Positions 9,107 to 20,000 of a DNA stretch of 20,000 bases are shown here, in pieces. The position numbers were made by a program, and so were the translations under genes. Under the pieces are notes generated by a model, which was not told where the DNA came from, searched no databases, and was given only the letters and a program-made list of their open reading frames with translations. The stretch is from Catajapyx aquilonaris (lineage: Eukaryota): the NCBI GenBank assembly GCA_000934665.2, contig KZ538338.1, forward strand, positions 61,778 through 81,777, given 5' to 3'. Numbering within the stretch: the first letter of the stretch is position 1; every line of letters begins with the position of its first letter.

Positions 9107-11320
9107 ATGGACTCTGGCAAAGCCGGGGTACCAAGCCTGACCAACTCATCCTGCAGCCACCGCCATGACGACCAGTCATCCTCAGTCTCCTCTGCATCAG
9201 TTTCCTCTGGTCATTCCCCTTGGACCAGTCTTGACCAGGCAGGCCCATCAGCAGATGGAGTGGTAAAGGCTGTCCTACTATTGCTCCTATCTGGCTGCAC
9301 ACTGGTAGCCAACCTTTTAGTTCTGCTGGCTCTCTCCAGTCGACGGTATGCCCGAGTGGTGCAACCACAGCCAAGGTAATGACAGCCACAGTGATATTCC
9401 AGTGTTCAAACTGTATTGAAGCATCAGTCATAATCCTACAAGATGTCCACTGAGATATCTAGGATTATAGGCCATTATTGATGATAGGGTACTCTGAATG
9501 ACGAATTTTCCCTGACAACATCCCACCCATATAACTTTCCTTCCTTTCAGGTATCTCCTGGCGTCACTGGCCTGCACAGATCTACTCACTTCCTTACTGG
9601 TGCTTCCCCCAGCGGTCTACCCTGCTCTCTACTCATGCTGGCCTTATGGGGATGCCCTTTGCCAGGCCCAAGCATTGTTGCATGGGGCACTGGCACAGCA
9701 AAGCTCCCTTCTTTTGGTCTGGATGTCCCTGGACCGATACCTTTGTCTATTGCATCCTAGGAAGTACAGGAAGTTAGCAGGATCTAAAGGAGTGGCTGCA
9801 CTTGCCATGTGTTCCTGGGTCCTAGTTCTTGTGGCCTTCGCCTCACTTGTAAGTATATATTCTGTGGGTTAGAGGAGAAATGGGCTGAAGATCTTCTGAG
9901 ATGTTTCATCTCCATCTGGTTTCTGTCCTCCACCAAAAGTTTGACAACTATCCTCAAATCATAACTGTATGTTTTTCTATCCAGGTTTTGCCAAGACGTG
10001 GAGCGACCTTAGGGCCACGCGGCTGGCCCGGGTGTGTCCCAGCCTTCCCTTCCCGTCGTTGGCGTGTTGTGGCTGTGTGTGCCCTCTACTTTCCGCCAAC
10101 CTTGGCAACTATGTACTGTTACGGCACTGCTTTTCACCGTGCAGCCAGAGCATTGGGAGGAGGGGTATCTGTAGCTACTGCAGCTGCTGCAGCTTGTGGA
10201 GAGTTGCCTGAAGCATCTCCTTTGCATATGGTTGCCTCTTCTCCACCACCACCTCCACCTGTCACTTCAGAACCTACCAGTAGTGAAGCAAGGCCACCAG
10301 AAGCATGTGAAGCATCAAGTAGTGTTGCATCTGAACATGCCTCAAGTGGCGGTGGGGTTGGTGAGGAAGGCAACAATGATGGAGGCACCAATGAAGGAGA
10401 GGATGACAGTGCATGGAGGCTGAGGGCAGGGCCATCCCGCACTATGGCAGCCCTATCACTCTCCTTTATTGTCGTTGTGACACCATGGACTACACATGAA
10501 GTTGTAGTTGCCTGCACTGACACTGAGGTCAGTTGCTTAGGGTCCTCCAATACGTAGGCTATAGCTGATTCATGCTCTATATTAGTGTCATGAGGTAAAA
10601 ACATGACCACATGAATAAGGTATTAATGTCATCATACTCGCTTGCTTCTCTTGAACTGTGACTCCAGTGACATGTTTAGCTAAAACATTTTTTGACATAT
10701 ACTGGCGCTAAGTACATGTTGAAACTGGTCTTTTGGCATAACGAAAACTTTCCTGGTTCGTGTAAACAAGTTAGTGTATATTTCAGGTTGGGACACCTTG
10801 CATGTAGCCCATTTTAAATTTCCCTTTCTGAATATTATTCCAGACTCCAGCTGCAGTCCAGTTTGCAGTGACCTGGGTGGCTCGAAGCAGTGGCCTCTGG
10901 AATGCACTCCTTTACTGGTTGACAGACACCCACTTCCGATCATGTGCTTCTCATTTGTTCCACCGACACCGCCCACAACCCAATCCCCCTGCATCTCCTG
11001 GGTGCCCTCGGCACTCTCCACAGCAACGCGCAAGGGATGAACTGCCAGACATCCCTCTCCCCCCTCCACCACCACCGCCAACAATACCACATCAGCTAAT
11101 CACCTGTCCCTTATCCTCATCATCATGTGAGGGCTCAGAGGTTAGTGATAGCCCAACAGGTGGACGTGTATTACAAAGAGCATCATCATCCTCAAGTTTA
11201 CAAGCCCTAAGGCGCATGTATGGACATGGATTGGGACCTCCTTTGCGCCCGTCCCAACAAAATGCTACGGGACAGCGCCACTGGAGATGCCAGCCAGATG
11301 GAGTTCCCTGGGATGTCTAG
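9107..11320 (+). CDS. Orphan class A (rhodopsin-like) GPCR, amine-receptor/GPR52-like, resembling the insect CG13579-type orphan receptor; about 528 aa
   Basis: Exons 9107-9375, 9551-9848, 9985-10527 and 10844-11320 with GT-AG introns of phase 2, 0 and 0. Motifs: TM1 ANLLV, TM2 SLACTD, ECL1 WPYG..C, TM3 DRY, TM4 W, TM5 YFPP....YCY, TM6 FIVVVTPW, TM7 TW......WNALLY, helix 8 FR. N-terminal sequon NSS. ATG context GCGATGG. The CG13579 resemblance is from memory and has not been checked by a search. Confidence 0.88.
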
Positions 11321-11524
11321 CACAACATATCCTTCACCTTCACAACCCCCATATTGTCCTTGCAATTTTACTTGACTTGTGTTGATAAAAATGTTACAAG
11401 AATCCGGGACTTCAGCTGTGAGTGAAATGAAAGCCATGCTGTCTGGAACTAAGTTTCATTGCGCAAAGGGTGATTTAGAACTCCAGGTCAATCTCTCACC
11501 AGTGTACTTGTTGGCACAATGTAA

Positions 11525-11771
11525 AGCCTATTTCACAAATGGAAGTCACAGCATTTTTAAATGCATGACTGGAATGCGAAGCTTTTTTCACACCACTCGT
11601 GATGTCATTTTTTGTCAGCATGCGGCAAATCGCAGTGACCGTGGCAAGATCTGGCTGGCTCTGCCACTTCGTCGGTGGCGACAAAAAATAATGTCACAAG
11701 TGGTGTGAAAAAAAGCTTTGCTTTCCAGTTGTGCGTTACAAACATTGTGACTTCCATTTGTGAAATAGGCT
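11525..11771. mobile_element. MITE family A copy 2 (PIF/Harbinger/Tourist-like), just 3' of the GPCR stop
   Basis: Long TIRs AGCCTATTTCACAAATGGAAGTCACA...TGTGACTTCCATTTGTGAAATAGGCT, with a TAA duplication at 11522-11524 and 11772-11774. Confidence 0.87.
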
Positions 11772-13003
11772 TAAGTTTCAATTATAGGGGGCAGAAACGT
11801 GAAAAACCCAACCATAATGGTGTAGATGATGATCAATTGGTTGCTCTTTAGACAAGCGAGACCTCCCATTTTGCCCCTTATTGGGGTGTGTGCATGGATA
11901 AGATTCTGTGCCTATCCTGTCTTGCATTTTGGTCATCATCGTCCATAGCATTACTAGTTCGGTTTTTGACATATCTGACACATACATTTTATTGTATTGC
12001 GCCAAGGAGTTGCTTGGTGGGAGATTGACCTGAAATTCTGAATCATCCTGCATACAGCTCTAATCAGTAATAGTTTCAAGTGAAGTTGCACACTATTTTG
12101 TTTCATTCATTGATGACATTGCTTCTCTGAAGTCAGAAATGGAGAGCTCTATCCTTCTTATCATTACCAGTTGGGTAAAAGTGCATGAATAATACCACGG
12201 TGCAAGTGACTGATCGTGCCTTACAAATGAAAGACGGGGGGAGGGGGGCTACATCCCAGTTTTCATAGTGAATGGTAATTAGCTAGTGGCAGGATTTTTT
12301 TTTTTCAATGGGGTCACGGGGGTTAAGGGAAGGCAGAAAATGCACACACACACATACCTACACACACATAAACACAAACAGTCAATGAAATCAAGGGTGC
12401 CTTCATTGAACCATCTGCTCCATTTTTCAACAATGCACAAAAAAGATAAAATGAGGGGCTACAAGGCAATAATACTAAGAACAGATTGCTCTATTCCATT
12501 CTGCACAAAATAAAGTTGTAAAAGGAATGATTTTGTACACTAAAAAGCGAAACCCTCTAATGCCTATTATTTCAATCCCAAAACTGCAACCCCTTCAAGG
12601 GATAATCAGGAGCCATTCATAAACTAAACAAAGGTAGGATGCAAAAGTAATCCAATCCTCTAGGAACGTGACACTGTCAGAATTATTAATTGTGTAATTC
12701 CATAATTATTTAGTTACTGACAAAGTAACCATATAATGAAGTGTGATCTTTTGTAACACATGATCCAGTGTTATACTATACCCTTCAGGGAGAATTAGGC
12801 AGGGAATAAGAAGATAAAGCCATACAATTGTATAATAAAGTAATTTATGGATTGTCTCACAAGTCACAATCAACTAAAAGAGCCAGCAGGAATGGAAAAT
12901 GTGACACTGAATTAATGCAGGAAGTTCTCATTACATATTCGCAAGAATAGCACAACCAAACATGAAAACAAATGAACAAAACCTTGCTCTAGACTGGCAT
13001 ATA

Positions 13004-13447
13004 CAGGGCGAAGGGATTCTTGTGCATATGAGCCAAGTAGACTGATAGTACTTGCAAAACTAATATAGGGATGTGTATGCAGATTTTGGTGCTGTTGAGT
13101 AGTTAATGCGTACGGCGCCGTTCAAGTGTAGAGCGTTAGATGGTAGCATATGACGTAAACGACGACAATGTGCATGGGTGTCACAACCAGATTCTTACTC
13201 TCATGGGATTTGATCACCTATTGCACATGGATGATGAGTACAGGCCCAAGGCCGGATTATCTGGAGGCCCTCCAGCTGGCTTTTGCTTCTTTGAAACTGG
13301 AGGAGCAGATGTGACATCACGAAACTTTAACGGTGCCATACGCATTCACTATGTAACAGCTTCCAAAACTAATTGCACATCCCTATATTAGTTTTGCGAG
13401 TACTATCAGTCTACCTGGTGCTTATGAGTGAGATTCCCTTCACCCTG
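13004..13447. mobile_element. MITE family B copy 2 (Tc1/mariner-type non-autonomous)
   Basis: TA|CAGGGCGAAGGGA...TTCCCTTCACCCTG|TA. Colinear with 2997-3410 and carries about 30 extra bp near 13330-13362. Confidence 0.83.
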
Positions 13448-14348
13448 TATATCTCACACTATACCAGCATGCTGGTATATCCACTGGAGAGAATTTGTCA
13501 AAAACCTGGTCACCTTTACAAACATGCCAATTGATGCTTGAAAATATAGTATATTTAGCCATTTAATTATGTTATTCTTATACAATGTTCATTACTTCAT
13601 TATATCCTAGAATTATTACTTCCAAAATGTATTTCATTTCATATTCATTTCAAAAAGTGAGGTGGATAATACACAGTCGATAGCAACCAGCATGAGAAAG
13701 AAAAAATAGGCCAAGAATACTCCGCAGTACCTTTCATACTTACATGAACTTTGGGGTAAAACATACTGTTTGTGTATCACTTCAGTCTGCATTACAACTT
13801 TCAGGAGTGTAATACCAACTTTAAGAGAGAACTTCCTGCATTCTAATACTGCAGTCTACATTTCACTGGCCCCTGCTATAATATATTCTCCAACAATGAC
13901 ATAAAATTTCATTCATGAATTATCACAATAATATCTAATCAAGAGGCTAAATCCCTGCAACAGAATTACAAACACCTGCAAAAAACAAAATTATTCAGTC
14001 ACAACTATTTGATTGACACACGGTGTACCACTTACATAAATTATTCATCATCCACAAATCACTTAAATTGTCAATTGGCAATGTTTATGTTACCCAAATT
14101 AACAAGTAGAATAAGAAGAAAGAAAGAAAACCAATCCCAGGCCCTTCATAATTTCCGTAAAGTATTTCACGTAAGCTTATACTTTAAAAAAAGTTTTCCA
14201 AAAACTGGTTCCCAAAACCCTGCCTGGGAAACTTTTATGCATTTTGTAAGCCTTAGCACCCACCTCTACATAAAAAATTGTGGTGCATAAAATTTCAAAA
14301 CTAGCTTCCATACCGCAGTACCAATTAAGGTAAGTGGAAGAACCAAAA

Positions 14349-17300
14349 TCACAGGCAGCACTGTTTTGGAAGATCCTGCAGGTGGAAGGAAGGCAGACTC
14401 TGAATGGCGTTTAGAAGTTTTGCAGCTTGGTGACTACCAGATTCAAATGCTCCTTGGGTGGTGGAGAAGAAAGTTGGATGAATCGCCTCCCCAGCAAACA
14501 TAATGCTGGGCCACTGTTTCGAAAAGCAAATATGGATTAGTCATGCAAGACAAAAAAATTGTACAACATTTACAGGAAGAAATAAATACCAGCTTAATAA
14601 TGTCTTCAAATTTTTACCCACAATAACGTGATGTCACATCGTTAGTACCTCCAAAGGTAGTTGCTACAAATTAGCTTTGTTCCCATAATTAATATCTGAC
14701 GTCGTTTCAGTGAAAAAAGAGCTATTTATAGAATGGAAGTGTCGTAGGCTGCATTCATAATGTATAAGATGCTATAACACACTCTTTATTAAATGCCAAT
14801 AATCTCGGTAAATAGGCTGCCGAGACTGACAATACCTACATTAAAAGGATTGCCTAGAATCCCTCTACCAGCCCCCAAAGTGCAAGTACATTACATTTCC
14901 TGCCTAACAACTGATACAGAGATATCTAGATTAAATGATTCACTGTTTGAATATCCCGGCCATAAAAATCCCATTCTGATACGAACCTTAAACATGTTGT
15001 TGTTGATTTTAACGGAGCTGAACACAGGCTTGCACAAGTCCCTAGAAGCATTTGGATGGGCATCACTAGCTGAATTTCGGTGGCTGTATGCCCCATAGAA
15101 AAACGGCAGCTGCCCCCATTGTGACCGGACTGTTTTCTCTACAGGTGGAATGTTGGTCTTGCCTGTAAATATCTGCAGCATTTTGTGGCAAACTTTCCCA
15201 ACCTCAGCTTCAGGTTCTTTTTCCACTTGATAGGCACCCTGTCCCCCTACCCATCCAACCAAGATAGCCACTCCTGATGTGGTCTCAGGTGGAACTACAT
15301 CCATGCCTGAAATGAAACGGGTCCATTCTGGCAGGAATAGAGAGGCTGGGGTCTGGTACAAAAGAAATTAGAGCCACTCTTTAGTTTCATAAGCAAGTTA
15401 TAAATTATAAATAATAATAAAAACACAGATATCAAATGGACGGTGTTATGCAATAATGAATCAACCCACATGAGAACAGTTTTGAGAAAAAGGGCTTTGA
15501 AGGTCACCTTGTGAAATTAATTCAGTGTTCTTTTCGGTCATTTATGGCAGAAGTATGTAAATTTCACCAGCGTTATTTTAACTGACTGAAGATTAGTAGA
15601 CTCCTTTAGGTATATGTTCCTGGGCTTAGCTCAATGTTGACATTTTTGTGGGTTTGGGTTGACAAATTATTGCACAACACCGTCCAAATAGTGGTTGCAC
15701 TCAAGGACCAACATGTGTCATTATATGTGGGCCGTGTTACATAATGAAACTGGTAAATGTGCAAGATTACAGTAATAAGATAAATGCATGCAAAAAACTT
15801 ACACTGACAGGGTAAGTTGCACAAGCACAAGATTCAGGTGTAAGTGCAGGTAGACCCATACCTGACTCTGAACATTGTGCTGGTGCAACCTACCCATACT
15901 GAGTGTTTTGAGTGGACAATGGCTGTTCAGAATAAAAAAGGACATTACACTGAATGGAGGTCTTTCAAACTACTTATTCATACGTCACATAAACCTCTAT
16001 ATGTGATGTACTATATCGCTCAAAAAGATAGAGACGATTGGCATTTGATTCAAGTGCAAGTTGCACTTGAGTCAAATGCAAAATCGTCTCTACCTTTTTG
16101 GGCGATATAGTACTTCTAACAGTGAAAAATTGGTCCCTATATTTACATTCCACAGTGCACAAGTCTATAATGAAACATCACAATGAAAGACACATGCTAC
16201 CATTTCCTGGTAAACCACGAAAACAGTTTCAAAACAAAAGCAGATTAAGAAGATGCAAGCTTAAAAAGTGTTAGGAAATTCATACCTGCTGAGAAGGCCA
16301 TAAGAACTGAAACCCAATGCAGTCCAATTCCCACCACGGCTGCTTCCATTGAAGAAATATTTTAGCAATATTACCAAATCCCAGAGACATTATAGCCCTT
16401 TGAGTGGCATTTGGTAAGGGAGGGTTGAAGAGTTCTGGATGATGTTGAAGCACACCTACTGAGCATGTAACTAAGACATGTTTGGCTGCGAAGAAACGTC
16501 CATCAGCACATTTTATTGTGACTGGTGCAGGTGTTTTCAGGGTAAACTCTGGTTGCCATTTAACTTCCAATACTGGGCAATTCAGAAGCATTGCTCCTGG
16601 GGTTATGCCCAATGCCACAGCATCCAACAATGATCCATATCCATTGTGTATATTCACACATGACTCCCCTTCACACTCTTGGAAATTTACGAAGCTCTGC
16701 GTTGACAGCTCATCCAGACTGCTACAGGCATTGTCAATAAGTTGGTACCTGTCAAAGAGTAACAGTACAACAATGAGAAAATAGAAGTATAATGAAACAT
16801 GCCTGGAGAAGAGTTCCTCTGTTTCTCTAAATGTTCCATACAGTAAAGGTTTCATTATAATGTAATGAAGTAAATTGAAATTCTTTTGCTAAGCCCAACC
16901 AATAGTTCCACATTGGAGAATAGTTCCTGCTATAAGTAGGATCGGGTATAGTCAGATCTCAGTGTGTGGAACCTGTATTGTATTGGAGGGGGTGACACCA
17001 TGACTGCGTCTGGAACCATGCTACACACATGAACACAGCCTAGGATAGGTATATCCTACATCATTTATGTCAAACATTCTGAGTGATAACACCATGCATA
17101 CATATTTTGCAATGCTACTTAACTGTACTATCAAGTCAAAAATAAAATGGCATGAGAATTTCATAATATATAAGTTTTACTTTCACTTGTTACAAATTTT
17201 AACTGACTTTTTACTGGTATTAATTACCATTTTATAATGAACATATCATTAAAATTTGTTGTCATCGACGAATGAGGAGAGACTATTGGTAATTAGAAAA

Positions 17301-18254
17301 ACTGCATAACTTTTGTAGCATTGTGAATATCTTCTTGGATTACTTGTTAGACATATTGACAAAGAAAAAAAATCCTGAACACGAGTAGAAACATGAATGT
17401 AATACATTCACGACTTGGTGACCAGGTGATTATCTGATGCTGATCACCTTACATGATATGGTGAAAAGCTAAATCAATAGTAGCGCCTAACCTTTCTAAA
17501 CTACGACTTCACAGTGGGCACAAATGTACAGTTGCAGTATGACCCATGGATGGAAGTGCGTCATAACTCACCTTCAGCAAATTATTTTTCCATGTCAGTA
17601 AGTCTCATTAACAAAGATATCCACAATGCTTTAAAATCTAAATACAATAGACATGTTATTTTCCCACCTGACATGCCAGTCATACAGCATTTCCTCGATA
17701 TTCCTTTCCTCAGTCTGATCTGATGCATATTTCTCAAAACTTCTTCTCAAAAACTCTCCTGTTGACAAGTTTGGAAACTTATGCCTGTCAATTTGACAGC
17801 ATTCCTCCACTGCTTGGGCCATAATGTGTTCAATCTGTTTCACAATGTTGTCCTTAATCTGTTTTCCACCGGGCATAAGGTATGTACCACCACCTTCCTC
17901 TGACTTCACTGGAGAGAGCAGCCCCTTCTGGTGGCAAAAGTCCCACAATGGATTCTCCTTTTCTCCATGCAGCCATTGAGCACCCAGTTCAACGTGACCT
18001 CCTTCCTGCAACCTCAAAGTGTGCACACGTCCTCCCAGCCTAGGTTGGGCTTCTATAAGAAGGACCTCACCGGCCAGGCCAGCATTCTTAAAGGCAGTAG
18101 CAGCAGAAAGTCCAGCCATTCCTCCTCCAACAATAATCACTCGCCAGGAATTACGTTCAGGTATGTGTAGGCTTGTCTCCAGGGGTCCAAACGCCACTTC
18201 CAATCTCCTCCTGTGTCCAGTCCCCCCATTCCAAAAAGTGTAGCTTTTTCCCAT
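14349..18254 (-). CDS. FAD-dependent polyamine oxidase (spermine oxidase / N1-acetylpolyamine oxidase-like), about 526 aa
   Basis: Exons 18254-17668, 16748-16286, 15352-14987 and 14513-14349 with GT-AG introns of phase 2, 0 and 0. Motifs: VIIVGGGMAGLSAA, EA..RLGGRV, ELGAQWLHG...NP, HVLVTCSVGVL, F.PPLP, LGFGNIAKIFL.W..PWW, RSQW...PFFYGAYS and MFAGEA.H..FFSTTQGAFESG. The start codon is uncertain because an acceptor lies at 18302 and an upstream exon is possible. Confidence 0.9.
16008..16113. repeat. Near-perfect 106-bp palindrome (foldback or tiny TA-flanked MITE) in polyamine oxidase intron 2
   Basis: The left arm GTACTATATCGCTCAAAAAGATAGAGACGATTGGCATTTGATTCAAGTGCAA pairs with the right arm TTGCACTTGAGTCAAATGCAAAATCGTCTCTACCTTTTTGGGCGATATAGTAC, with about 4 differences and a 1-nt centre. 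Confidence 0.9.
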
Positions 18255-19716
18255 CAAATGTAAGTCGAGAAACCCCAAAGTCTTTTTAAGATGACAATAA
18301 ACTGGCAGCAAAAAAAAAAAAAAACCTTATGAACGTCCAGTTTCCTTGTCCTCCTCTTCCTCTTGCCTTCTGCAAAAAGTCAATGCCACATGTGCCCCTG
18401 AATTTGAGATTTCCTACTCACTGACATCAAGAATTTGCACTGTCATTGTCGAGCCAGAAATCATCAATGTAAAGCAAGTCCTTCCAACTAAAAACTGAAT
18501 AAGCAAAACAACATGCAGAAGTATTATGGGAATGTGAAAACAAGTTTCAGCATTGAAGCAGGTTTTACTACACTCATTTGTCAGTGATAAAATTATACAC
18601 AATCTTGGAATTTTATCACAAGGTGTATGACTATACCTGCACTGGCACAACTGGCTCTAAAAACATTGCGTCAAAGGGATGATTTATTCTTTTCCTTGGA
18701 GATTTTTTTAGGTATGTATACTGTACTGGCATGACAAGATACAGAGTAGTGCTGTGTATTTAAAGTGTATTTAAGCAGTGAACTACTGTCAGTAGTAGCT
18801 CTCTTGGTGCAAGAAGAAAGCTGAATGATCACTGCTCAATACAAGCAAGTGTTAGAAATCTACAATTATGCATGTATCTCAAAAACCAAAAATATCACAC
18901 TAGCCCATTGCAACTAGGAGGGGCTATTATGCTATTTCAGCATTTAATTGTGACAGTGCAATATCCAGTATCAGTGAGTCTAATGCCAGCTAATGTTAAG
19001 TTCTCAACCAAGGTTAAAATGTGCCTTTTATACCATTTCTACAATACTGCTGATACAGAGGTAAAGAGAAGGAACACTGCCAACCTTCAGCATTATGCAG
19101 AAATCTGGTTACAGTGCAGTTCTCAGTTGCCAATATCAGAGGCAAGAGGAGAGAGAGTGGAAGTGTTATCTGAATGAATCTCAATCTTTGCATTGCACAC
19201 CCCTTTTAGGCATCTTATTTATGTCCCAACAAGCAGTTTGGTAGCTCTTAACTAGCATGTGGAAAAGAAGTAATCTATAGAAGGCAGATATGGTGACATC
19301 ACCCAACATCACAAATCAGTGTGCAAGTATCTTACAGCAAACAGGAAACCAGTGCTTCACTTGAAAAATTTACCATGCTGAATAGGTTTCTATTAGATGT
19401 GACAGAATTATAATGAAAATTTTCCATTGGGAAACAAACCTTTTGTAATATCCAAGTTTCCATAATTATGTTATATTCAGGATCTGTTATGTACAAAATG
19501 GAAGTCACATAATGCTAACATGATCTGTTATGTAGAGATTTCATTGTGTTAAAGTTTAAAGGCAAAAACGGTGATGCAATCGAAGTAGATATCACGTAAA
19601 AGTAATCTTACTTCACTGATTTAAGAATGGTGAATGTGATTACCAAAGCTCTTTTCCCATTCACTTTCATTGATGATTCTTTTCTTTCATCCCTGAATGT
19701 CAATAAAAAATATGTA

Positions 19717-20000
19717 CGAGGGTCGTCCAATAAGTTCTGAGCCTGATGTTGAAAGACATGTTTGATGGTCAAAATTTTATTAAGACTTTTCGACGTAGTC
19801 ACCTTGAACCAGGATGCATTTGTACCACCGGTGCTCCAACCGCTGTATTCCGTGTAAAAAATAATCTTCCTCGACCCCACCCAACCACTCATACATTGCA
19901 CTTATCACCTCATTGTCACTGGAGAAGTGCGTCCCACGGAGGTTTCAGGAGAATAATGATGGAGCCAGGTCTCATCTTGTGTTACGTAACGAGCCAAAAA
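19717..20000 (-). mobile_element. Mariner DNA transposon, internally deleted, 3' end (continues beyond the window)
   Basis: TA|CGAGGGTCGTCCAATAAGTT is a mariner-type terminus. The minus strand encodes FLARYVTQDETWLHHYSPE (first catalytic Asp motif), fused out of frame to NLRGTHFSSDNEVISAMYEWLGGVEEDYFLHGIQRLEHRWYKCILVQGDYVEKS* (mariner transposase C-terminus, stop at 19782-19780). Confidence 0.88.

Noticed and set aside
10134..11090. Antisense ORFs of 158 aa and 136 aa over the GPCR
   Set aside because: They are shadows of GC-rich coding exons with no independent motifs.
11988..14349. Possible overlapping 3' UTRs of the convergent GPCR and oxidase genes
   Set aside because: This rests only on by-eye poly(A) signal spotting. 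A minus-strand ATTAAA at 13562-13567 could end the oxidase mRNA earlier.
18302..18372. Basic NLS-like peptide GKRKRRTRKLDVHK upstream of the oxidase ORF
   Set aside because: It is out of frame unless the poly-T run has an indel error. The run is better explained as the polypyrimidine tract of the acceptor at 18302.
1..20000. Prokaryotic-type systems (CRISPR arrays, operons), tRNA or rRNA genes
   Set aside because: The sequence is spliced eukaryotic DNA, and I saw no repeat-spacer array or structural RNA signature.

Overview
Eukaryotic, intron-containing genomic DNA, probably from an arthropod or hexapod draft assembly with two N gaps. The taxon is inferred from the gene content, the DRE motif and the mariner element. 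Four spliced protein-coding genes can be rebuilt by hand with phase-consistent introns: NOP16 (minus, 3 exons, 185 aa), a stand-alone SPOP-like MATH-domain protein with a signal-peptide-like N-terminus and a GC-AG intron (plus, 2 exons, 247 aa), an orphan class A GPCR (plus, 4 coding exons, about 528 aa) and a flavin polyamine/spermine oxidase (minus, 4 coding exons, about 526 aa). Between and within them are two copies of a PIF/Harbinger-type MITE, two copies of a Tc1/mariner-type MITE, a near-perfect 106-bp palindrome, an internally deleted mariner at the right edge and an unclassified GC-rich insertion in NOP16 intron 1. The most unusual element is the apparently secreted, BTB-less MATH protein.
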